Assembly (NCBI GenBank): GCA_965228735.1
Contig: OZ245838.1
Location: forward strand, 1,952,001 to 2,016,000
Reading direction: 5' to 3'
From: Planctomycetota bacterium
GTDB taxonomy: Bacteria; Planctomycetota; UBA1135; UBA2386
Length of the DNA stretch: 64,000 nucleotides
In this document: in pieces, positions 9,756 to 17,598 of the stretch
Layout of the letters: the number at the start of each line of letters is the position of its first letter
How positions within the stretch are numbered: the first letter of the stretch is position 1
Translations under genes and position numbers: made by a program
The notes under the pieces: generated by a model
What the model was told of the DNA's origin: nothing
The model's input: only the letters and a program-made list of their open reading frames with translations
The model's database searches: none

Positions 9756-9872
9756 CAGGGGGCATAAGTCTACCCCGGGGAAAGCCCAATGCTACGCGTC
9801 CGGATCTCGGGAAAGCGTCGCCGAAACTTCCACGACAACTTCACTTGCGCCCGCGTCACGGCGAGTTCCGGG

Positions 9873-9911
9873 TCACTCCCACCGGCTACTCCCAGCGGCT
9901 ACTCCCAGCGG
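9873..9911 (-). repeat. Three tandem 13-bp copies of the gene end (CCGCTGGGAGTAG x2, CCGGTGGGAGTGA)
   Basis: Copies at 9899-9911, 9886-9898 and 9873-9885. Each ends in a stop codon. Confidence 0.85.
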
Positions 9912-10942
9912 TTCTGGGCGATCGCCGCGAGCACCCGCTCTCCCGCCGCCAGCGCGAGCACGCCGTCCTCGCCGCTCACCCGCGGGCGGGCCCGCTCGCG
10001 GACGCAGCGCAGGAAGTCGGCGAGCTCGGCGCCGAGCGGGTTGCCTTCGCTGAGCTCGAGGTTCTTCACCTTGAGCAGGCCATCGAAGACGAACTTCCAC
10101 AGGTCGCCGACCTCTTCGCGGTCGATGCTCTGCAGATCGAGCTTCTCGAAGTCCCAGCCCGGCGTCTTCTCGACGACGAGTCCCTGCTGGGTCTGGAAGT
10201 CGAGGCTCGCGTAGCCCTGCTTGCTGAACACGCGCATCTTGCGCAGCGGCTTGAGCGCGACGCGATTGGCCGTGAGGTGCGCGACCGCGCCGTTCTCGAA
10301 CTTGATGATCGCGGACGCCATGTCCTCGGCCGGCGTGAACACCGCGCCGCCGAACGCCTCGACCGAGCGGATCGGGCTGTCGACGAGCGCGAGCACGAGA
10401 TCGAGATCGTGGATCATCAGGTCGAGCACGACGCCGATGTCCGTGCTGCGGAACGAGAACGGCGCCAGGCGCTGCGACTCGATGTAGCGGGCCTCCTTGC
10501 CGATGTGCGCGATCCCCTCGAGCGCCGGGTTGAACCGCTCGACGTGCCCGACCTGCAGCACGCGATCGTGCGTCTCGGCAACCTCGACGAGCGCCTGCCC
10601 GTCCTCGACGGTGCGCGCGATCGGCTTCTCGACGAGCACGTCCACACCGTTCTCGAGGAAGAACGTGCCGACCTCGCGATGCAGGCTCGTCGGCACGACG
10701 ACGGAGACGGCGTCGACCGCCCCCACGAGGTCGCGGTAGTCGCGGTGCACAGCACAGCCGTAGGTCTCCTCGGCCAGCGCGAGCGCCTTGGCATCGGTAT
10801 CCGCGACGGCAACGAGCTCGCACTCGTGGGCGAGCGTGCCGAACAACCGGGCGTGGTGCCGGCCGAGGTGACCGACGCCGACGACCCCGACGCGCAGCCG
10901 GTCGCCCGATTCGCGACCGTCGCCGCCCTGAGGCTCCGCCAC
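9899..10942 (-). CDS. Gfo/Idh/MocA oxidoreductase, GnnA-like (UDP-GlcNAc 3-dehydrogenase candidate)
   Basis: GVVGVGHLG Rossmann motif, VEKP, HVERFNPA, DLMIHDLD. GTG start overlaps the lpxC/fabZ stop. Confidence 0.8.
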   Translation of the reverse strand: MAEPQGGDGRESGDRLRVGVVGVGHLGRHHARLFGTLAHECELVAVADTDAKALALAEETYGCAVHRDYRDLVGAVDAVSVVVPTSLHREVGTFFLENGVDVLVEKPIARTVEDGQALVEVAETHDRVLQVGHVERFNPALEGIAHIGKEARYIESQRLAPFSFRSTDIGVVLDLMIHDLDLVLALVDSPIRSVEAFGGAVFTPAEDMASAIIKFENGAVAHLTANRVALKPLRKMRVFSKQGYASLDFQTQQGLVVEKTPGWDFEKLDLQSIDREEVGDLWKFVFDGLLKVKNLELSEGNPLGAELADFLRCVRERARPRVSGEDGVLALAAGERVLAAIAQNRWE

Positions 10943-12276
10943 TACGCGTCCACCAGCGTGAACTTCAGTTCGGCTTCGGCGACGAGGCGGCCGCCGACCT
11001 TGCAGCGCGCGCGGACGTGGCCAACCTGCGGCCGCGCGCGGATCGTCTCGACCTCGATCCGCAGCTGGTCGCCCGGCACGACGGCCCCGCGCAGCTTGAC
11101 CTTGTCGATGCTCCACAGCACCGCGAGCTTGCCCGTGTTGTCGAGCTTGCGCAGCAGCAGCAGGCCCGCGAGCTGGGCCATCGCCTCGAGCTGCAGCACG
11201 CCCGGCATGATCGGCTGCTCGGGCCAGTGCCCCTGGAAGAACGGCTCGTTGATCGTGACGTTCTTGATCGCCGCGGCGCGCTGGAAGCCCTCGAGCTCGA
11301 TCACGCGATCGATCATGAGGAACGGATACCGATGCGGCAGCAGGTTGAAGATCTGCCGGATGTCGAGGCCGGACACGACCGGCGCCTCGCCCTCGGCCTG
11401 CTCGCGCTCGCGCTCCTCCTGGATGCGCTTGACGAGCGCCATGTTGAGGCTGTGGCCCGAGCGCGTCGCGATGATGTGGGCGTCGAGATCGCAGCCGATG
11501 TTCGCGAGGTCGCCGACGAGGTCGAGGATCTTGTGGCGCGCGAGCTCGTCGTCCCACTGCAGCGCATTCTTCTGCGGACCATCCGGCCCCATCACGAGCG
11601 TGTTGTGCGTCGTCGCGCCCTTGCCGAGTCCGGCCGCGCGCAGCGACTCGACCTCGTGCTCGAACACGAACGTGCGGGCCTTGGCGATGTCCTGCTCGAA
11701 CGCGTCGGGCGTGAGCTCGAACATCGCGATCTGCCGCGTCTTGTGCGTCGTGCCGTTCTTCGCCTCGTAGTCGAGGTGATACTCGACCGACAGGCGACCC
11801 GAACCCGGCAGCGCGACGAGGCTGGCGTTGCCCTCGCGCACGTAGATCGGCTGCTGCACCGCGTAGATCTGGCGCGGCGACTTGAGCTCCACCGTGCCGC
11901 TCTCGCGCAGGCCGGTGAAGAACTCCATCGCGGAACCGTCGAGACCGGGCACCTCCTCGCCGTCGATCTCGACCGACGCGTTGTCGATGCCGAGCGCGTA
12001 GAGCGCCGCGAGCAGGTGCTCGCACGTGTAGACCTCGGCCTTGCCGTCCTGGATGCACGTGCGCCGCTGCCGCGCCTTCATGTTGGCACCGTCGGCGCGC
12101 ACGACCGGGTTGTCGTCGAGGTCGGTGCGCACGAACGTCACGCCCGTGCCGGCCTCGGCGGGCCGCACGACGACGCGGGTGTCCTTGCCGGAGTGCAGCC
12201 CGACGCCGCGATACTCGACGGGGCTCTTGAGCGTGCGTTGGGGCCGCGCGGGCGGCGCTTTCGGTTCGTTGGTCAC
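10942..12276 (-). CDS. lpxC-fabZ: Bifunctional LpxC (UDP-3-O-acyl-GlcNAc deacetylase) / FabZ (3-hydroxyacyl-ACP dehydratase)
   Basis: QRTL...GVGLHSG, EHLLAAL, HKILDLVGD (LpxC). LPHRYPFLMID, FFQGHWP, PGVLQLEAMAQ (FabZ). Start taken as GTG 12276 (alternative 12303). Confidence 0.95.
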   Translation of the reverse strand: MTNEPKAPPARPQRTLKSPVEYRGVGLHSGKDTRVVVRPAEAGTGVTFVRTDLDDNPVVRADGANMKARQRRTCIQDGKAEVYTCEHLLAALYALGIDNASVEIDGEEVPGLDGSAMEFFTGLRESGTVELKSPRQIYAVQQPIYVREGNASLVALPGSGRLSVEYHLDYEAKNGTTHKTRQIAMFELTPDAFEQDIAKARTFVFEHEVESLRAAGLGKGATTHNTLVMGPDGPQKNALQWDDELARHKILDLVGDLANIGCDLDAHIIATRSGHSLNMALVKRIQEEREREQAEGEAPVVSGLDIRQIFNLLPHRYPFLMIDRVIELEGFQRAAAIKNVTINEPFFQGHWPEQPIMPGVLQLEAMAQLAGLLLLRKLDNTGKLAVLWSIDKVKLRGAVVPGDQLRIEVETIRARPQVGHVRARCKVGGRLVAEAELKFTLVDA

Positions 12277-12283
12277 GGGCGAA

Positions 12284-13096
12284 TCACTTGCCGGGGATAC
12301 CACTGGCGCCGCCCTTCGAGTTGGCGGGCGATGCCTTCTTGTCGCTACCGGTCGCGCCGCCCTTCTTGGGGTTCTGCGTGCCGTTCTTTCGGGCGTTGGC
12401 GGCGTCGAGCTTCTCGCGCTCCTTGCGCGGATCGTAGACGCTCAAATACTTGATGAGCGCCGGCGTGAGGTCGACCGACGAATCGGCGAACCAGACCGTG
12501 CGTTGCGCGAAGCGGCGCGCCTTCTCGCGCGTCGAGTCGGGCTCGCCGACCTTCTTCGCACCGATATCGAGCGAGTCCTGGGCCCGCAGCACGATCGTGA
12601 TGCCGTTGTCCTCCGCGACCTTCTTGATCGCGAACTCGAGGTCCTCGAACAGCCGCACCTCGAGCTCCTGCGCCTTGACGTTGAACTGCTGGCGCAGGAA
12701 GTCGGCCAGATCCTTCTGGTCACGCTGCCGCGACTGCAGCTCGAACTGCATCTCCGCGTACTTCGGCGCTCCCGGCTTGAGGATCCGCAGGCTGGCGATG
12801 AGTTCGTCGATCTTCTGGCTGCGCTGATCGAGCTGCGCCGTGAACTGCTCCGAGAGCTTCTGCAGCTCGGCCTCTTCACGGCGCGCCGTCGGGTAGTTGG
12901 CGATCGCCTTGTCGAGGTCGACGACACCGATCGTCACTGCCGGGATGGCGACCCCCACCTTCGGGGTAGCGGCCTTCGGGGTAGCGGGCGACTTCGACGC
13001 CTCCCGCACCTCGGCCTGAGCCGGCAGCGCCCCCCCGAGCGCACCCGTCAAGCTGATCAGCAATCCGACGAACGTACCGCGGCGTAAATGGACCAT
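12284..13096 (-). CDS. skp: OmpH/Skp-family periplasmic chaperone
   Basis: Signal peptide, IGVVDLDK, long coiled coil, IKKVAEDNGITIVL...VDLT. Located upstream of lpxC. Confidence 0.75.
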   Translation of the reverse strand: MVHLRRGTFVGLLISLTGALGGALPAQAEVREASKSPATPKAATPKVGVAIPAVTIGVVDLDKAIANYPTARREEAELQKLSEQFTAQLDQRSQKIDELIASLRILKPGAPKYAEMQFELQSRQRDQKDLADFLRQQFNVKAQELEVRLFEDLEFAIKKVAEDNGITIVLRAQDSLDIGAKKVGEPDSTREKARRFAQRTVWFADSSVDLTPALIKYLSVYDPRKEREKLDAANARKNGTQNPKKGGATGSDKKASPANSKGGASGIPGK

Positions 13097-13165
13097 GCGG
13101 GGAAGGAAAGTAGCGGATGGGCCACCCGAAGGCCATCGCGGAGGTGCCAGTCCGCGGGATCGCCG

Positions 13166-14398
13166 TCAGGCCGTCGCGCCGATGGCCTGCCGCAGATCCC
13201 CGAGCAGCTCATCGGGATCCTCGAGCCCGACCGCGAGCCGCACCATGCCGTCGGCGATTCCTGCGGTCTGGCGCTCGGCCGCGGTCAGCGCCGCGTGGGT
13301 CGTGAACGCCGGGATCGTCGCGAGGGTCTCGATCCCGCCGAGGCTCGCCGCGCGGGCGATGACCTGCAGCCGATCGAGCAACGCCTTGGCGCGTTCGACG
13401 CCGCCGTCGACGGCGAACGCCAGCAGCGCGCCGCCGCCGCCCGTCATCTGGCGTTCGACGAGCTCGCGGTCCGGGTGCCCCGGCAAGCCGGGATACGTCA
13501 CGGCCGCGAGCTGCCCCTGCGCCACCATGCCCTGCAAGCCCTCGGCGACCGCGAGCGCACCCTGCTGCTGGGCCTGCAGCCGCAGCCGCAACGTCGGCCA
13601 GCTGCGCTGGATCAACCACGCCGGATCCGGCGCGAGCACGCCGCCGGTGTGGCGCCGGAACATCTCGATCGGGCCCAGCAGCGCGTGCGGGCCCGCGACG
13701 ACGCCGGCGAGCACGTCGGAGTGGCCGCCGAAGAACTTGGTCGCGGAGTGCGCGATCAGATCGACGCCGAGCGCCCGCGCGGACTGGATCGGCGGCGGCG
13801 CGAACGTGGCGTCGAACAGCGTGATCGCCCCGGCCTCGCGGGCCAGCGCGGTGATCGCGGCGATGTCACACAGCCGCAGCGTCGGGTTGATCGGCGACTC
13901 GAACACGACCATCTTCGGAGGCACCTCGGCTGGCCGCTGGAAGAGCGCGCGTAGGCCGTCGAGATCGAGCGAGCTGAAGCGGTCGACCTGCACCCCGAAG
14001 CGCGGCAGGTCCGCCGTCGAGAACGCCGCCGTGCCGCCGTAGATCTCGTGCGCGACGAGCACCCGATCGCCCGCCGACAGATGCGCCGACATCGCGGCGG
14101 AGATCGCGGCCATGCCGCTCGCGAAGCCGACCGCGCCGGCCGTGCCCTCGAGTTCGGCGACGAGGCCCTCGAACGCGCGCAGGTTGGGATGCCCGAGGCG
14201 CTGGTAGAACGCGGCGTCGGACTCGCCCGCGCCGACCGCGCGCAGGGTCTCCGCGTCGGGTTGCGCCGTCGTGCTGCTGCGATCGAGCACGGGGGCGAGC
14301 GGACCGACGGGCGCGTGCCGCGGGCTCGGCGTGCCGTAGAGCGGCGGCGTGGCGCCGGGATGCTCTGGCTGTGCGGACTGTTCGGAATCGGCGGTCAT
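13166..14398 (-). CDS. Cys/Met metabolism PLP enzyme (cystathionine gamma-synthase/lyase or methionine gamma-lyase family)
   Basis: YQRLGHP, FASGMAAI, YGGT, ESPINP, DATFA, HSATKFFGGHSD and SLGG motifs. True start ATG 14398. Confidence 0.9.
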   Translation of the reverse strand: MTADSEQSAQPEHPGATPPLYGTPSPRHAPVGPLAPVLDRSSTTAQPDAETLRAVGAGESDAAFYQRLGHPNLRAFEGLVAELEGTAGAVGFASGMAAISAAMSAHLSAGDRVLVAHEIYGGTAAFSTADLPRFGVQVDRFSSLDLDGLRALFQRPAEVPPKMVVFESPINPTLRLCDIAAITALAREAGAITLFDATFAPPPIQSARALGVDLIAHSATKFFGGHSDVLAGVVAGPHALLGPIEMFRRHTGGVLAPDPAWLIQRSWPTLRLRLQAQQQGALAVAEGLQGMVAQGQLAAVTYPGLPGHPDRELVERQMTGGGGALLAFAVDGGVERAKALLDRLQVIARAASLGGIETLATIPAFTTHAALTAAERQTAGIADGMVRLAVGLEDPDELLGDLRQAIGATA

Positions 14399-14447
14399 CG
14401 CAGTATCATGCCGCAACCGACGCCACGTCCGCACCGTCATCTCGCCA

Positions 14448-14867
14448 GTGCCGCTCCCGTCCCGCTCCCGGATCCGAATCGACGCGCGTGTGCAGCAGCA
14501 GCTGCTGCGCCGTGCGCGCGTCTGCCAGCCCCGCGAGATGGTCGCGGTCCTGACGGGGAACGGGGAGCACGTCACCGCGTTCGAGGAGCTGCAGAACCGC
14601 GCGACCGACGCGGACCGGTTCGACGTCGATCCGATCGAGTTCCACGCCGCGGTCGCGAACGCCGAAGCCGCCGGACGCGTCTTCCTCGGGTTCGCCCACA
14701 GCCACCCCGAGGGGCCGTCGCGGCTCTCCGACACCGACCGCCGCGAGCTCTGGCGCGACTGCGTGCAGGTGCTCATCGATCCGCACGGCGATCTCGCGGC
14801 GTTCCGCCTGCGCGGTCCGGGTCGCGCCGCGGTCGAACGCCTGGCCGTGCTCGGCGAAGCGTCGTGA
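14448..14867 (+). CDS. JAB/MPN (JAMM, M67 family) metalloprotease
   Basis: PRE...HSHP....LSDTD fits E..HxH(x7)SxxD. The start (GTG 14448) is approximate. Confidence 0.8.
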   Translation: MPLPSRSRIRIDARVQQQLLRRARVCQPREMVAVLTGNGEHVTAFEELQNRATDADRFDVDPIEFHAAVANAEAAGRVFLGFAHSHPEGPSRLSDTDRRELWRDCVQVLIDPHGDLAAFRLRGPGRAAVERLAVLGEAS

Positions 14868-15259
14868 CCGGGCCCGCGATCATCGGCATCGGGGTCGACA
14901 CGGTCACGATCGCGCGCATCGAGGAGCTGGTCCGGCGCGGCGGCGACCGGTTCCTGAATCGCGTCTACACGACCGCAGAGCAGGACTACTGCCGGGCACG
15001 CCATCGGCCCGGCGAGTCGCTGGCCGCGCGGTTCTGCGCCAAGGAAGCCGTGATGAAGTGCCTCGGCACGGGCTGGGCGCAAGGCGTCACGTTCCGCCAG
15101 ATCGAGGTGCGGCGCGACGGGGCCGGCGCCGTCACGGTCGCACTCACGGGTGCGGCGCAGGATCGCGCCCGCGCACTCGGGATCGGACACGTGCATCTCA
15201 GCCTCACCCACGACGGCACGACGGCCACCGCGTTCGCGGTCGCCGAGCGCGGATACTGA
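14864..15259 (+). CDS. acpS: Holo-[acyl-carrier-protein] synthase
   Basis: GIGVD, RFCAKEAVMKCLGTG and HLSLTHD motifs. GTG overlaps the JAB stop (GTGA). Confidence 0.93.
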   Translation: MTGPAIIGIGVDTVTIARIEELVRRGGDRFLNRVYTTAEQDYCRARHRPGESLAARFCAKEAVMKCLGTGWAQGVTFRQIEVRRDGAGAVTVALTGAAQDRARALGIGHVHLSLTHDGTTATAFAVAERGY

Positions 15260-16462
15260 TGCCATCAGTGTGGATTTGACGGATTCCCAGCCGATTCCGC
15301 ACCTGCCCATTGCACGACCCCGGAGGGCCTTTCGCGCCATCCGGAGTCAGCAATGAAGTTCATCCCGCCGCGATGCCCCTATCCCGACTGCGAACAGTTC
15401 GCGCAGCCAGAGCCACGGTTCTTCGTGCGCTACGGCTACTACAAGCCGCGATGCCGAAGGTGGCCGGTCCCAAGATTCCGCTGCCGGAGCTGCGGGCGGA
15501 CGTTCTCGCGCCAGACGTTCCGGCACGACTACCGCGACAAGCGCCCGGAGTGCAACGTCCCGTTGTTCAAGCTACTCACGAGCGGGTGCGGACTGCGCCA
15601 GGCCGGGCGGCAACTCGAGCTGGACGTGCACTCCGTCCAGCGGAAGTTCCGCAAGATCGCGCGGACGTGTCGCTGGCTGCATCGCAACCTGTGCTGGCGA
15701 CTTCCGGCAGGTCGGACGTTCGTGTTCGACGAGGAGGAGACGTACGAGAAGGCGTCGATCAAGCCGCTGACGTTGCCGATCCTGATCGACCGCGACACCT
15801 ACTTCATGGTCGCCACCATGGTTGGGCCGATTCGGCGGCTGGCCCCGAGCGGGACCGGCCGCCGTCGCCAGCAAGAGTCACTCGAGCGCCGCAATGGGCG
15901 TCGTCGAGACCGGAGTCGGCGATCCGTGCAGGCCGTGCTCACGGAGCTCCGCAGTCGAGTCGATGGCGGTGCGGTGCATCTCCTCAGCGACGAGAAGGCG
16001 ATGTACTCGCGCCTCATCCGGATCGTCTTCCGTGACGGCGCGACGCACGACACGACGCCTTCGACCCAAGCACGAGGCACGTTCAACCCGCTGTTTCCGA
16101 TCAACCTGACCTTGGCAATGAGTCGCGACAACTGCGGAAGGCTGCGGCGCGACAGCTGGCTGGTCACCGAGAAGCGCCGCTGCCTTCAGTTTCAGATGTG
16201 CATGTTCGTGGTCTACCGGAACTACGTGCGGGACCGTCACAACCACGACGCTCCGGGCGACACGCCAGCGGTCTTGCTCGGACTCGTCGACCGCGCCCTG
16301 CGTGCCGACGAGGTGCTCCGCTGGCGCCAGGATTGGCGGCGATCGAGCTGCCATCCGATGAGTCGATCCGGGCTGCGCGAGGTTGCGTAGACGGACGAAG
16401 GTTCGTTAACCCCTCCCACCCGACGAGTTGCCGGTGTCTGACAACACTCATGGCATCAGTAT
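15253..16462 (+). mobile_element. Insertion sequence of ~1.2 kb, IS1/IS1595-like, with 19-bp terminal inverted repeats
   Basis: Left ATACTGATGCCATCAGTGT (15253-15271) versus the reverse complement of the right end (16444-16462), ATACTGATGCCATGAGTGT: 18/19 match. They flank a single transposase-like ORF. Confidence 0.8.
15353..16390 (+). CDS. Putative transposase (zinc ribbon + HTH + RNase H-like core)
   Basis: CPYPDC...RFRCRSCGRTFS Zn ribbon, GLRQAGRQL HTH, FDEEETY and SDEKAMY acidic motifs, YRNYVR...TPAVLLGL tail. Confidence 0.75.
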   Translation: MKFIPPRCPYPDCEQFAQPEPRFFVRYGYYKPRCRRWPVPRFRCRSCGRTFSRQTFRHDYRDKRPECNVPLFKLLTSGCGLRQAGRQLELDVHSVQRKFRKIARTCRWLHRNLCWRLPAGRTFVFDEEETYEKASIKPLTLPILIDRDTYFMVATMVGPIRRLAPSGTGRRRQQESLERRNGRRRDRSRRSVQAVLTELRSRVDGGAVHLLSDEKAMYSRLIRIVFRDGATHDTTPSTQARGTFNPLFPINLTLAMSRDNCGRLRRDSWLVTEKRRCLQFQMCMFVVYRNYVRDRHNHDAPGDTPAVLLGLVDRALRADEVLRWRQDWRRSSCHPMSRSGLREVA

Positions 16463-16572
16463 TGCGCCCGTGCGACGGGCGGGTCGGGTGCCGGATCGCA
16501 GCCGCGTCTCGATGCTGGACCGGCAGGTGTACCGATCTGCAGCAATCGCAGCCAGGCACCGAAGAAGCCGAG

Positions 16573-17559
16573 GTGAAGGGCCTCTCGATCCATGCCGGCG
16601 TAGCGCTCCTGCTCGGGGCGTGCGCGAGCACCCCGGCGGCGCCGGGTGCGGACTGGACGAACGCGCCGTTTTCGACCCATGTCGATCTGCCCCCGGCGAT
16701 CGCGGCGGCCGTCCTCGCCGGCGCCGTCCGAGACGTTCTCCCGCTCGCCGATCCGGAGCCGTACGCGGGCGGTGCGCCCGCGACGCGCCTCGCGCCCGAC
16801 GAGTTCGAGGTGACCTACGACTGCCGCGCCGACAGCTGGCTGCCGGCCGCGCGGCACCGCATCCAGCAATGCCGGATCGATCATCCGGTGCGAGTCACCG
16901 CGACCGGCCGGCTGACGGGCTACGGGCTGCGGGCGGATCGCTCGTTCCGCCTGCGCGTGTCCGCCGATCGCAGCGCCAAGTCCAGCGTCGTCAGCGGCGA
17001 GTTCCCGACGCGACTCGCCGACATGCTGCGCGCAGCGCTGACGCAGCGGCTCGCAGCCCGTCACGAGGCCTGCGCGACGACGCGGGCGCTCGCGCTCGCA
17101 AACGAACACGCCCGCGCCGGCGAACTCGACTACGCGCGGCACTACCGCAGCTGCGCCGGCCTCGCGACCGCGGACCCGACGCTCCGCGCCCACGTGGCGC
17201 GCGCGATCCAGGTGCCGGCGACGAGCGACATGGCCCGCCGGCAGGCCCGCGACCACATCGCGGCCGAGGACTTCAGGGCGGCGCGCGCGCTGCTCCACAC
17301 GGCGCGGCGCGCGGGCGCCGATCCGGCGCGCGACTACGAGCTGCTGTGGCAGCTGCATCGCCGCGACGAGGACCGGCGGTTCGCGTTCGCATCGGCGCTG
17401 CTGCTGCGCGAGTACGATCGGCTCGGCCGCGGGAACGCGGCCGCGATCGCCGAACTGCAGGCGCAGGACCTCGCGGACCTCGTCGAGCGCACGCTCGGAC
17501 TCGACCCGAGCTACCAGGCGATCTCGCGCCGGCAGCCCCAGCCCCAGCCACCACGTTGA
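16573..17559 (+). CDS. Hypothetical lipoprotein with helical/TPR-like C-terminus
   Basis: GTG 16573 gives VKGLSIHAGVALLLGAC (lipobox). Confidence 0.55.
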   Translation: MKGLSIHAGVALLLGACASTPAAPGADWTNAPFSTHVDLPPAIAAAVLAGAVRDVLPLADPEPYAGGAPATRLAPDEFEVTYDCRADSWLPAARHRIQQCRIDHPVRVTATGRLTGYGLRADRSFRLRVSADRSAKSSVVSGEFPTRLADMLRAALTQRLAARHEACATTRALALANEHARAGELDYARHYRSCAGLATADPTLRAHVARAIQVPATSDMARRQARDHIAAEDFRAARALLHTARRAGADPARDYELLWQLHRRDEDRRFAFASALLLREYDRLGRGNAAAIAELQAQDLADLVERTLGLDPSYQAISRRQPQPQPPR

Positions 17560-17589
17560 CGTCGCCACGCTGACGCCACCGCGCTGACG
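17551..17589 (+). repeat. Three imperfect 14-bp-period copies of the gene end, each with TGA
   Basis: CCACGTTGACG / CCACGCTGACG / CCGCGCTGACG with TGA at 17557, 17571 and 17585. Confidence 0.6.
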
Positions 17590-17598
17590 AGGCGAGGG

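Noticed and set aside
6814..9911. Short repeats considered as CRISPR arrays
   Set aside because: The units are 13-18 bp, tandem, without unique spacers, and no cas genes are present.
14448..14867. JAB protein as part of a CBASS or ubiquitin-like defence system
   Set aside because: No cyclase, E1/E2 or effector genes are nearby, and the context is housekeeping.
9899..15340. Long N-terminal extensions of ORFs 9899..12058, 13166..15340 and 14048..15259
   Set aside because: The extensions overlap other real genes. The starts were re-assigned to 10942, 14398 and 14864.
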